From Paraspadella gotoi (taxonomy: Eukaryota > Animalia > Chaetognatha), in contig CM119266.1 in the NCBI GenBank assembly GCA_051294375.1, positions 24,354,411-24,418,410 of the forward strand: a DNA stretch of 64,000 nucleotides. The letters are read 5' to 3'. The notes under the pieces were generated by a model. The model ran no database searches. It was not told the origin of the DNA and saw only the letters and a list, made by a program, of their open reading frames with translations. This document shows positions 38,233-50,182 of this stretch, piece by piece. A program made the translations under genes and the position numbers. Within the stretch, counting starts at the first letter, position 1. Every line of letters starts with the position of its first letter.

Positions 38233-39440
38233 CATTTCCAGATCGAGAGGATCACCGCATCAATCTAAATTAAGATTTTGGGGGGGGGGGTACAAATGAC
38301 CCACGCTTCATAACCGTTGCCACTTTCAGGCCTGGGCTAAAACTTAACAATATCTTGATGCTAATATTGCTTCTCTTAAATCTATAGTTTTTGCCTTTCT
38401 CATAGGTTAACAAATTAAGGAGAAAAAAAAACTATTTAACATATTTATTGAGTTAAAACAGTCCATCTATCCTTAATTCGTTGTGCTACTCGCATTTCTC
38501 TTTCTCTTCCTCTCTTTCCTCCTCCCCACTCCCCCCCCTTCTTGCCTCCTCCTTCCTCGACATGGCTTACAATGAGAATAGCATGCGTAGTTTCTGCTCG
38601 GGTTTTCCCCCTTCCGTTTCTGTCAGAAGTCTTGGAGCTCGATGAAGAGAAAAGCTTAACGGAAAGACGGTTTTTTGAGCGCGCGGCGCCGCCGCTGAGG
38701 GACGGGTGGTAGGGGGGCAAGGGGGTGAGAAGGGAATTGAAAGGGGAGTACAGAATGGGGGCTGGGAGAGTTGACGATGGATCAAAGGAGAAGCTGGGGA
38801 CATGATGTTGAGTGTGGTTGGATGGGTATAAGGGGCAAGGGTTCGGAAAGCTGTTAGTGAGATTGATTTCAGTTTAGGATGAGAACTGTTTTTATATTAT
38901 TTTGCTTTACGTCGTCCGTTATTAGTTTAATTATCATTAAGTATCAACTTTGTGCCAGTGTTTTTCCCTAATTATCAATCTACATTTTTGTCCTTTGCAC
39001 TTACCACAGATCTCTCAACTTTTCGCTTTTGGATGTGCTTTTCGTTTCCCCCTTTTTTTCCAGACCGCTTTCATCATCCCGTTGATAATTCTACTTTTCG
39101 CGAGAAACATTTTTTTTTTCATTCTAACCGGTTATTTCTTTTCTCTTACTTTGCCTCGTCTTTGTATTTCCTAACATTTCTTCATAATTCCCCCATCTTG
39201 AAATCGCTTCATATTTTTCTTCGTTTTCCCTCGCTTTTTCTTTTGCCTCCTCTGGCCTTTCCTCCGTTTACTGCTCCTTTTCCTCCGCTCTCTAATCGTC
39301 CCCTCCTCCTTTATTCTTCTTTGCCTGGCGCCGGCGGCTTAGTGTCCTACATCGACCGAATTGACGAGGAGAGGATTGGATGACGAATTTGCGGAGGGAA
39401 AGGAGCAAGAGAGGAGAGAGGAGGAATTGCGACGTGGACT
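38233..39440 (+). repeat. Partial copy of a ~2-kb repeated unit (matches ~56287-57880)
   Basis: Shared anchors: GGATCACCGCA..CAATCTAAATT, TCGACATGGCTT, CTTGGAGCTCG, GAACTGTTTTTAT, TGACGAATT. Confidence 0.8.
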
Positions 39441-39475
39441 GCTCTCTCTTNNNNNNNNNNNNNNNNNNNNNNNNN

Positions 39476-41109
39476 TGCTTATCTCCCACTTGCGCTGTGG
39501 TGGGCGCGGTCGGTCATAATAACTAAAATATTGTACTATTTTTAGTAAAAACATTTTATTTTTTTATTTTTTGGGGTTTTAAAAATGGGTTATTTCTAAT
39601 TTCTTTTACGGGGTGTCTAGGGTACTGTGCTTGAGAAGAGGCTCTTTCCTAAACCTTTTTTTGTGTTTTTTTTAGATCAACTCTAATAAATTTCATTCAT
39701 GATTTAAGAATTGATGGTAGTCCACTAATTACCGCATTTATTAAAAGTCTCGCAAAAAATACGTTAGATATCTCGACACTTTTATTACTCCTTTCTTTCT
39801 TTACGAGTTTAAGAAATGTCTTCGCGGTTTTCTTCAGGCGTCAGGCGATGTTCAAGACTATGTATGTATTTCAACCAAGCGCTCGTTTGAAATTAATTTG
39901 TTTGCGATAATGAGCCAAACGGCGGTCTGATCAATTCGAAAGAACCATGAAACGTAAACATAAACATAGAAAACGTTCGAATTATAGGTCTATATATGAC
40001 AAATAAATAATTTCGATGAAGCGGCGACGACCGCAATCCGATCATTTTTGCAACTTTGAAATGAGCCACTTAATTTCCGATCATGAATCAATTACATCCC
40101 GTCGACTATCATGAATCAATTACATCCGGCCATCGACCGCTTAAATCGTCTATATGCAAAAATAAAACCCGCACTCAATTCACTTTTTATCGCTTTTTTC
40201 CTTCCCTTTTTTTTTTATCTCAAAAATCGAGCTTCTCTTTTCTTTTTTTTTTCTTCTCTCTTTCTTTTCTTCTTTTCTTTTTTATAGCGTCTAAATTTCA
40301 GCGTCATTAGTTTAAACTTCTCCCGCCTCCGCCGCCGTCGACGCCGCCGTCGACGCCGCCGTCGACGCCGCCGTCGACGCCGCCCCTGTCGCCGTTCTCA
40401 TCGTCGTCGTCGTCATGGTCGTCGTCATCGCCGCCTTTTGTTCCTCCCACGAATTCGGAATCGGTTTTAGTTCTTCGCTTCCGTTAATTTAAATTCTTTT
40501 GCCAAATGTTTTTCCCTTTTCTTCTTCNNNNNNNNNNNNNNNNNNNNNNNNNNNNNNNNNNNNNNNNNNNNNNNNNNNNNNNNNNNNNNNNNNNNNNNNN
40601 NNNNNNNNNNNNNNNNNNNNNNNNNNNNNNNNNNNNNNNNNNNNNNNNNNNNNNNNNNNNNNNNNNNNNNNNNNNNNNNNNNNNNNNNNNNNNNNNNNNN
40701 NNNNNNNNNNNNNNNNNNNNNNNNNNNNNNNNNNNNNCTTTTCTTTCCTTCCCTCATTCCTCCCGCCGTCTTTCATCCTACGGGGACGAAAAAATATGTA
40801 GATGGCCTGAAAATTGTTTTTATGCAAATGAGGCAGCGAAGGAACGGTGCGGGTCTGCGCGCACGAGGGAAGCCGTCCGGCGCCGACGCTCCCGTCTACG
40901 AAGCCGACACGGACGACAAAGCCGACGGCGATGACGAAGTCGCCGACTTCATCTGTCGTCTTTGTCCCTTGTTGTCGTTGTTGCCCATTTATCCTTTTAT
41001 CCATTTTATCCTTTCTTAATATACTATACATTTATAAATTTGCAATGTTATGAATATTGTTAAGTGAATATTGAAACGCATTTATATTATTGGGAAAAAA
41101 ATATTTATA

Positions 41110-41199
<90 letters not shown>

Positions 41200-42798
41200 C
41201 TCTCTCTCTCTCTTCTTTTCTTATCCATTTTCGAGTCTTTTTTTCACATTTATTTTCGTCAAAAAGGGGATTTAAATTCGTCGACACAAAGAGGGCGGGC
41301 GGCGGTTTTCGGGCGCTTATCTCTCTCTCTCTCTCTCCCTGTCTCTCTCTCTCTCTCCTCTCGATTTATTTCCACCCTCTTTTTGAAAAATGAGATTTTA
41401 ATTTGAGTCCGGAAGCGTTTTGGAAGTGGCGACGATATCGCGCCTTAAAGGATTTCGCAAGATGGCGCTTTGGCGCATAATGGCGCTCGGAATTTAAGGG
41501 TGGCGCGTGGGTAAAATGGCAGAGTGATGACTTCGGGCGAAGGCTTTCTGGCGTGACTTTATATGGTTTGAAGAAAAATGGCAGAGTGTCTTCTCACATA
41601 ATAACATAAATGACGTGACGTGACGTGACTAAACCGCAAAACATTCTTCACTGAGCTTAAAAAAATAATTCTTTTAATATCCAAGTTGGTCATATCTATT
41701 CTCTTGAATAAAAAGTCTTTTTAACTCGGAGCCACAACACACCTCACTGCCCACTGCCCAATCCACTGCGCCCTCCTCCCTTTCTGGCCATTGGATTCCT
41801 AATCAAATTTCCTATCGCTATTTTTTTTTTCACCGCCGCAAAATAATTTGGACGAATGTCCGGAAAAACAACTCATTCCCGTCGAATCGGACGTTAATTC
41901 CATTTTCGTCGCTGAAATTTGAAATAATAAAAAAAAACAAACGAAAAATATCGTTTGCTCGATCAAACGAAACCGACTAACAAATAGACAATAATTTATA
42001 AATTTCCGTCGATTCTTTGGCGCTGATGGTCTTGCCGCCGTTGCAACGCTGACTGTATCGATGAGCGCAGAAGGACGATGACCGCAAAGAGAAACGACGA
42101 CAGCGACGACCATTACTCGAGCAACTGCAAGTACGCCATTGGGTTTTTAACCGGGCCGCGCTAGCGACGGTGATACGTTGACGTTTTCACTCACATTCGA
42201 GATACATCCATGACAACAACAACAATGACGACGACAAATTCCGACACGATTATTAATTCGATCGTCGAGGTCGAGAAAGAGAAAAAAAGTCGCGCTCAAA
42301 GGAAAAAAAAATAAGAAGATCTTAGGCTCGAAAAATCAATTTACATAGAAATGGGAAAATAAGAAAAAAGAGAAAATAGTCGGTCGCCGACATTGCGCTC
42401 GACGACGACGACNNNNNNNNNNACGACGACGACTGAGACCTTGATCTCTCCAAAACTGAATTTAGAATAAGGTGAACGAAGAACGGAGGTTAAAAGCAAA
42501 AGGAATAATGTTTAAAATTAGTACTGAACAGGGACGATGGGTACCGGGCGAGCGACTGTGAGTTATTATTTTTTGGTTTGGATCCATGAAAGTTGTACTA
42601 TACGTTTGAATCTTAAAGTTTAAGCGAAGGTAAAAATTATAGATCCCGGACGTCTCTTAATTTAAATTTTCTGATTTCGCGCCGTCATGAGAATCGTAAA
42701 AATATACTGAATTATACTACAGAATCGAGGAAGTAGTTGGTAATTTTTAGAGTTATTGTCCTCTTTATGACACTGCAACAATGTTAAAAACGTACGCG

Positions 42799-42832
<34 letters not shown>

Positions 42833-44114
42833 NNNNNNNNNNNNNNNNNNNNNNNNNNNNNNNNNNNNNNNNNNNNNNNNNNNNNNNNNNNNNNNNNNNN
42901 NNNNNNNNNNNNNNNNNNNNNNNNNNNNNNNNNNNNNNNNNNNNNNNNNNNNNNNNNNNNNNNNNNNNNNNNNNNNNNNNNNNNNNNNNNNNNNNNNNNN
43001 NNNNNNNNNNNNNNNNNNNNNNNNNNNNNNNNNNNNNNNNNNNNNNNNNNNNNNNNNNNNNNNNNNNNNNNNNNNNNNNNNNNNNNNNNNNNNNNNNNNN
43101 NNNNNNNNNNNNNNNNNNNNNNNNNNNNNNNNNNNNNNNNNNNNNNNNNNNAAAAAAAACAAGAAAACAGTTAAAGGAAGAAAATTCACTAATCGTTTCG
43201 TTTTTTGTGGTTTTTTTTTTCGCTCCTCCGACGAGAAGATCACGACGACGGATGAAGAAGAAACTCGCCCGTGGAGATTTTCGACGGGTAAGTTAGTCTA
43301 AACATTCTAATCGATCGAAACAATTTTTAGATCAATTACATAATTTTTAAACTTATACATACTAAATAAGGTACAAAGCACCAAAAACCTTTGAACTAAC
43401 ATCTTTGGCAAGCGGGAAATCGAAAAGAGAAAATTGGATTTTCTGTGCAAAGGGAAAGTAAATCGTTCCCACGTCGTTTCCCTCGCTGCTACAATCTCCA
43501 AACCTACTCCTATTCCTACTTCNNNNNNNNNNNNNNNNNNNNNNNNNNNNNNNNNNNNNNNNNNNNNNNNNNNNNNNNNNNNNNNNNNNNNNNNNNNNNN
43601 NNNNNNNNNNNNNNNNNNNNNNNNNNNNNNNNNNNNNNNNNNNNNNNNNNNNNNNNNNNNNNNNNNNNNNNNNNNNNNNNNNNNNNNNNNNNNNNNNNNN
43701 NNNNNNNNNNNNNNNNNNNNNNNNNNNNNNNNNTATTCTTACTTCTACTCCTATTCCTACATCTACTCCTATTCCTACTTATACTCCTATTCCTACTTCT
43801 ACTCCTCCTTCTAATCCTCCTCTACTATTTCCCTATTTCTATTCCTTCATCTCACTTTGATCTCTTTCCTCCTCTTTCACTCTCAACTTGACTCACCTTC
43901 ATCCAACTTCCCCAACTACGTTCGACTTACCCTTTCACTCCGTCGTTCTCCACCCTTTTCATTCCGCACTAACCTCACCCTTCCTCCTTCACGCTCCTCA
44001 CCCCCACGAAATTCTTATCCCCTTTTCCATCTCCGACAGAACGGCGGCGCGTTCTCGCGGCATTGTAAATCACGGCCTACCTCTAATTCTTGTCCAAAGA
44101 AAATAAATAGAGAG

Positions 44115-44175
<61 letters not shown>

Positions 44176-47100
44176 CGATTTTCCTCCTTTTTTTTCCCCC
44201 TTTTTTTTCCTTCCTGTCTCGCTCTCTATGAAAAATTTCATTTGCGCGTCGCTATGAATTTCATAAGGCGAAGTTAATGCGGGGAAACCTCGAGAGAAGA
44301 GAGAGACAGAGTTGGACAGAGAGACNNNNNNNNNNGGGAAAAGGAGTAAAAGGAAAAAGGTAGTAAGTGAGCTATGAAGTGAGCTATACATAAAAGGGTG
44401 AAACGGAATTAAAAGAACACGAGAAAAAAAGAGAATAATTAGGAAACAATAAAAACAATTTTCGTGACGATGACCGCGATGAGAAACAAAACGAAGGGGC
44501 GATTAAAGGTAGAAGAGTATAAAGAATGTGTGTTAGTTTTAGTAAAATGTACAAACGGAATAGAAAAAAGTCCGAGATGGCGTTATACTGACTTCAATTT
44601 TTAAAAAAGGAGAGAGTTTGTTCTTAAAAAATAGAGTAGAGAAGTCATTTGGGCACGCGTCAGCTAATGAAGGAGTTCGATAAAGGCGAAGTTAAATAGA
44701 GGGCGGAAACCTCGAGAGAAATGATAGAAGACAGAGTTGGAACAGAGAGACAAGGAGAGGCGAAAAAGGAGTATTAGTGAAAAGGTAAGTACTGAGCACT
44801 ATGAAGTGGAGGCGCTATAGATAGAAAGGGTGAAACGGAAATGAGAGTGACCACAGAAGAAAGAAAGGAATAATTAGTAGAGAGAACAACTAACACAAGC
44901 GGTTCAGCACACGATGACATTCGATGAGGCAAATAGCACGATATCTTGAGGCCATCGAAGGGGATGCAATGTAATAGGATTAAGCGCAGAGACCGACCCA
45001 ATAGATATATAGATGTGTTGTGCGAGCAAGACCTTAAAGCTTAAAGCAACGAATCTTAAAGCAGCCGTGAGGGCACCAACTGCGTCATGGGCTTTAAGTT
45101 GCTGCCCACACATCGGAAGGCAAGATCGTGAGGTGGGATGCAGGTGAGTGTTGCCTGTTGTTTGACGCGCTAATGTACAAGCGGATAAGACAAGCCGAGA
45201 TGGTCGCCGCTTTTATACGCTGATCTTCAATTTTGAAAAATACGGATAACGAGAGACGGAGGTAGGTTGTCTCGTTCTTAAAAATTAATTCGACTTAAAG
45301 TAAAAGGGTGACATTATCCGATGGTGATAGAGATTTAATGGGTTAAAAAGTGATAAGGGACATACAGAGAAGCCCCGGAATCACCAAGGAGAGAAAAATA
45401 GAATAAATGCTGAATAATGAAGGCCCACGAAAGAAAAGCAATTTCTAGGAACATAGGCAGTAGACCTGAACTTTAAAAGCATATAGCACGTAGGGCGGAC
45501 CGAGAACAAAAGAATCATTTTTATATCACAGGAAATTCTATCTACGGCCAACATAAAACCATTTTGGCATAGACGCAAGAATTTAGGAAAGCCCCTGGGA
45601 TACGGTATTATTGTTATCCCACGTTTGCAGTTCATGAATAAGAAAGGAATTGGTCTTTAACGACCGAGCCAGGGGCGGGAAGGAGAGAAGAGAGATGAGA
45701 GGAGGAGAGAAGAGAGAGAGAGGAGAGAGAGGGAGATAGAGGAATAGAGACGAGAGAGAGAGAGAGGGGGGGAGAATGGAAGGGAGAAGCCAGTATATAC
45801 TGAATATCTCCTTCAATATCCTCCGGCATCTTACTACTTTAAAGCCACCACATAGAGGCCTTATCTATTCCATGGTCTCCTCTCGTCTCTTCTCTCTCCC
45901 TCTCATCTCTACTCGGTCGTCAGTCCCCTCTCTCGTCCTCCGTTCTCTCTCTCCATCTCTCTCTCGTCTCTCATTCTGTTTTCCCTCTCTCTTTTCCTTC
46001 GATCTCGTCAGAGGGTTGGGCGCCATCGTGCACCAACCTTTGGGTATGAGCCGCTGTATATTCTTAGCATCCAAGTCGAAGTGCCGGGTTCCGTCAAGCC
46101 CTTCCCTCAATCTCCTTACCACTATACCCATTGGAAATAAATGTCAACCGAATTTTGTTAATTGGTGGTCGGATGTCCGTTTTTTTTCACCGCTTATGCG
46201 CAGGTCTATTGTTTGAATCCCCCGCCTTTCCCACGCGAAGTTCTCCGGGTTTCTAATGTCATTGTACTGGGCGAACCCCTCCCGTTTTTGTCACTAGATC
46301 CAATCATGTTTAGATCTCTAGAATTCCTCTTCGTGAGGTCCCAAGCAAGCATTTCTTTGCCCGTTATCCACCATATCTTACTTTTTTCTACGCCATTTGT
46401 TGGTCATAGAAGTCCTTGACTACTGTGCTCATCGAAGGTCCGCTCATTGAATGGTTGGAATGTTTGCTCTTCCCTTTGCTTCCACACTCTCTGGCAGCGA
46501 CCAGGACAGCCAGACGGAGATCTGCCCAACGTTATTTCATGTTCCTGCTGGGGAGTTATAGTAACGGATAATTCGGTTGGTCGTTATTTATACTCGTCCA
46601 AATTCTCTCTACAATGCCGTCCGCATCCTCTCAGCCCGCGCGTAGGTAAAATGTTCCCTTCTTTCTCAAGCCTGTTCCAGCTCTTCACACACGCCGAAAG
46701 GGCAATCTGTGTGGCATTTCCACAATATCCCGTAGACGCGGCCAGAGACTTTCCGTCGGTCGCGAGCTTAATTTTCCTAACCCACACCTTTGCACCACGT
46801 CCAGGCCCTGGGTTTATCTTTATTGACAGGGTTCCCTTGTAGGCGTCCCAACCGCAATTTGTGAAGTCGACCTTCCTCAGCCAAAATCTTTACGGCTATC
46901 CTTATTGACTCAAAGATTTTTTTCGCCTGTCAGAGTTGAGAGTTTGAAGTCGCGTGAAGGCCAATTTTACCCAGGGCGGTAGCGCTATCTTCGACCGGCT
47001 CGGGCTGTCCTGTAGCCCCGGCAGACGCGTAGTGCCCCACCGCACACCTCTCCCACACCAGCCCTCAGCTCCACCGCCGTCAGGTGCCCTTTGCGGAGAC

Positions 47101-50100
47101 ACCTCATACCTCATATGTACAATAGCATTTGTGCGGAGCTCCGAGACGACCAGGGTCCCCATGATTCTTGCAGCCCAAAATTCCTTGGCTTACGGGCCGA
47201 TTCAAGTTGGCCCCGCTGGAATTTTTGTCCGTTCCTGCTGACCCGCCGGACTTCCGCCCCGCCTCCTCCTCTCGCACCGCCTCTCGCTTTCTTCCCCCGC
47301 TACGACGCCTCCGCCGCCTCCGCGCACCCGAGTTTCTCTTATATCCTAGGGTCAAGCTCGTCCCGAGTTCCCCAGACTGGAAAGGACGACGTCCCTCTCA
47401 GCGCTTTACCTCGGTCCCGAGCCGCCACCGAGAATCGCGGGAAGAGGGCGCCGAACAGCTTTCTAGCCAACCCCATGCTTAGGGAATAGACGTTATAATA
47501 TCGATCGAGGAGTTTTCGAATCTCTCTCAATGCGTGCGGGATCGTCTGAAAGTCGTATCGGGGAAAAATGAATTCTATAACTTGTAGGGACCCTTTCTCA
47601 CCGGCTTTCGATCTCTTCTCTCCGAACAAAATTGAACCATGCCCGTTGACTGCTTCCTTCTCTCTCTCTCTTCCGTCGTCGACCGTCTCTCTCTCTCTCT
47701 TCTCTCTCTCGTCTCTCTCTCTGTCTCCCTCTCTCTCGCCGAGTCCGACTTTTGAATGGACCAGCTCGAGATACGGACCTTCTCGGATCCTTCTTCGCAT
47801 TCCCTTCATTCCGCATGACCCATTCACTTTCTGCCAAAGATTTTCCCGAACTTTTTGTCCGTAGTAATATCGTGGCCCCCTCTCTCTCCTATCTCTTCCC
47901 CCTGGAGTCTTATCCTATTCATATCCCACTGAGGCCGGCCGTGGACGAGGTTCTCCGGCGCTTTTCCCTCAACCTACTTTTTTCATTTATTTTGACTCTT
48001 TTCCCGGGCAGCCTTTTTTTTTCTTAACTCTTTCTTTTACTTTTAAGCTCAACCTTCTCCGATATATTGTATTCCTGGTTTGAGTCGCTTTTTCGTCCTC
48101 AGTCAAATTCGGTTAACTCTTTGTTTTTATTTTAGCGTCTATTTTTTTATAGTTTTTATTTATTTATTCTATTTTTGTTTATTTTTAAACTCCTATCCAC
48201 ATACTTTTTCTTCATTTTTCATTTATCTACTCTGAGGAAGATTCATANNNNNNNNNNNNNNNNNNNNNNNNNCTTTTATTCAATTTTTAAACCATCTGGC
48301 CTTAGGCATTTCCACTCTTCTCAACCTATTTTCCATTCCTCTCCCTTTCTTTTCTCTCATCTCCTCTTCCACTCCTTTCCTTTATTCCATTCCTCCCCAA
48401 TATTTCCACTCGTCTCCCCCTTTTAACCATCTCCTTCCTTCTTTTCCTTTCCCGCAAGGATCTCATCTTTAATTTAGCTTCTCGCGTCTCCCCCAAGGGG
48501 ATGGGGCTCAGTCCGTGAGGCGGCAAATTCAGTCTTTCCGCGCAAGACGGTAGTAAACTGCAGCAATATGCAGCATTGAAATATGCAGCAAGATGTTTTA
48601 TAAACATTTTTGTTTTGTTTTGTTTTGTTTTACGTTTTATAAATGAAGGCAAGAATTTTACTACTAATTTTCTTGTTCGTACTTTTAAGCAGCACCTAAA
48701 TATCCACCTGAAGTTNNNNNNNNNNNNNNNNNNNNNNNNNNNNNNNNNNNNNNNNNNNNNNNNNNNNNNNNNNNNNNNNNNNNNNNNNNNNNNNNNNNNN
48801 NNNNNNNNNNNNNNNNNNNNNNNNNNNNNNNNNNNNNNNNNNNNNNNNNNNNNNNNNNNNNNNNNNNNNNNNNNNNNNNNNNNNNNNNNNNNNNTTCGAC
48901 CTCGAATTGATATCGTCCCGGTCAAAAATTAAAGAAAGCTCTTCAGACTTTTTCTAGATTTAAATACTTTTCTATTCATAGTAAGAATTTAGAATGTTGT
49001 TTAAAATATAATCTTTTCCTTTCCTCCACTCTTTCATTTCTTTCTTCTCCGCAGTCAACTTTCCCATCTTACGTTTTCTTTTCGCTAAAGAATAACCCAA
49101 CTTTCACCCCTACCAGATATGCTTGTTTTTCTTCCCCTCCTCCCCTTTTTTCTCTTCTTTTTCTTTCCTTTTTCCTCCCTTTTTCCTCCCTCCACTTTTT
49201 TCCCGCTTTCNNNNNNNNNNNNNNNNNNNNNNNNNNNNNNNNNNNNNNNNNNNNNNNNNNNNNNNNNNNNNNNNNNNNNNNNNNNNNNNNNNNNNNNNNN
49301 NNNNNNNNNNNNNNNNNNNNNNNNNNNNNNNNNNNNNNNNNNNNNNNNNNNNNNNNNNNNNNNNNNNNNNNNNNNNNNNNNNNNNNNNNNNNNNNNNNNN
49401 NNNNNNNNNNNNNNNNNNNNNNNNNNNGACGACGACGACGACGACGACGACGAAAGAGATTCATATTCAAGAGAGGAAAGATTGGATGCGCCGTTCCCCG
49501 ATAGTTCCCCCGCCNNNNNNNNNNNNNNNNNNNNNNNNNNNNNNNNNNNNNNNNNNNNNNNNNNNNNNNNNNNNNNNNNNNNNNNNNNNNNNNNNNNNNN
49601 NNNNNNNNNNNNNNNNNNNNNNNNNNNNNNNNNNNNNNNNNNNNNNNNNNNNNNNNNNNNNNNNNNNNNNNNNNNNNNNNNNNNNNNNNNNNNNNNNNNN
49701 NNNNNNNNNNNNNNNNNNNNNNNNNNNNNNNNNNNNNNNNNNNNNTATGAAGGTCATCGGGAGACCCTTTCTCATTTTTCATGCACTCGCGAATTTCTCA
49801 TTCGGATTTGACCTCGCGCTTTGCGCAGTGCCAACTGCGAATTGCGTTTTGCCCACAGCGAATTGGGTATCGGGGCTCAGAGCGGCGCGGCGCTGAGCGA
49901 CGCTGTGGGACGGCGACAGCGCCGGGAGATGGCGAAGAGAGAGAGGGAGTTGGCGGGAAAATATTCTACTCTCTTCGTATACTAGAATATTTTATATTTG
50001 CAGTTGTTGTTTCTACTTTACAAAAAATATCATCATGACATAATATCAATCGTACAAATATTCAGTCTTCTTTGTCTTTTTAGTTTCCTTTTTTTTTTGT

Positions 50101-50182
50101 TTTCTTTTTATAAAAAACAAAAAAACAAAAGTTATGTACTGACTTCTATTTTTGACGTTGCTGTAATATTTTGTAACGTTTT
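39476..50182 (+). repeat. Direct duplicate (gapped copy) of 24776-35985
   Basis: Same colinear matches; includes a local re-duplication of 44237-44635 at 44644-45290. Confidence 0.9.
41409..41630. promoter_or_regulatory. Cluster of YY1/Pho (AANATGGC x4), ETS (GGAAG) and TGACG motifs
   Basis: CAAGATGGCG 41458, ATAATGGCG 41477, AAAATGGCAGAGTG at 41513 and 41575, CCGGAAG 41409, GGAAGTG 41422, (TGACG)3 41611-41625. Confidence 0.35.

Noticed and set aside
40325-40385. 12-bp tandem repeat (CGCCGCCGTCGA)x4 as possible exon
   Set aside because: No consistent frame or splice sites could be assigned; treated as a simple repeat.
45300-48000. Many 60-160 aa ORFs
   Set aside because: Noisy counterpart of ~31.8-33.7 kb; frames are not conserved between the two copies.
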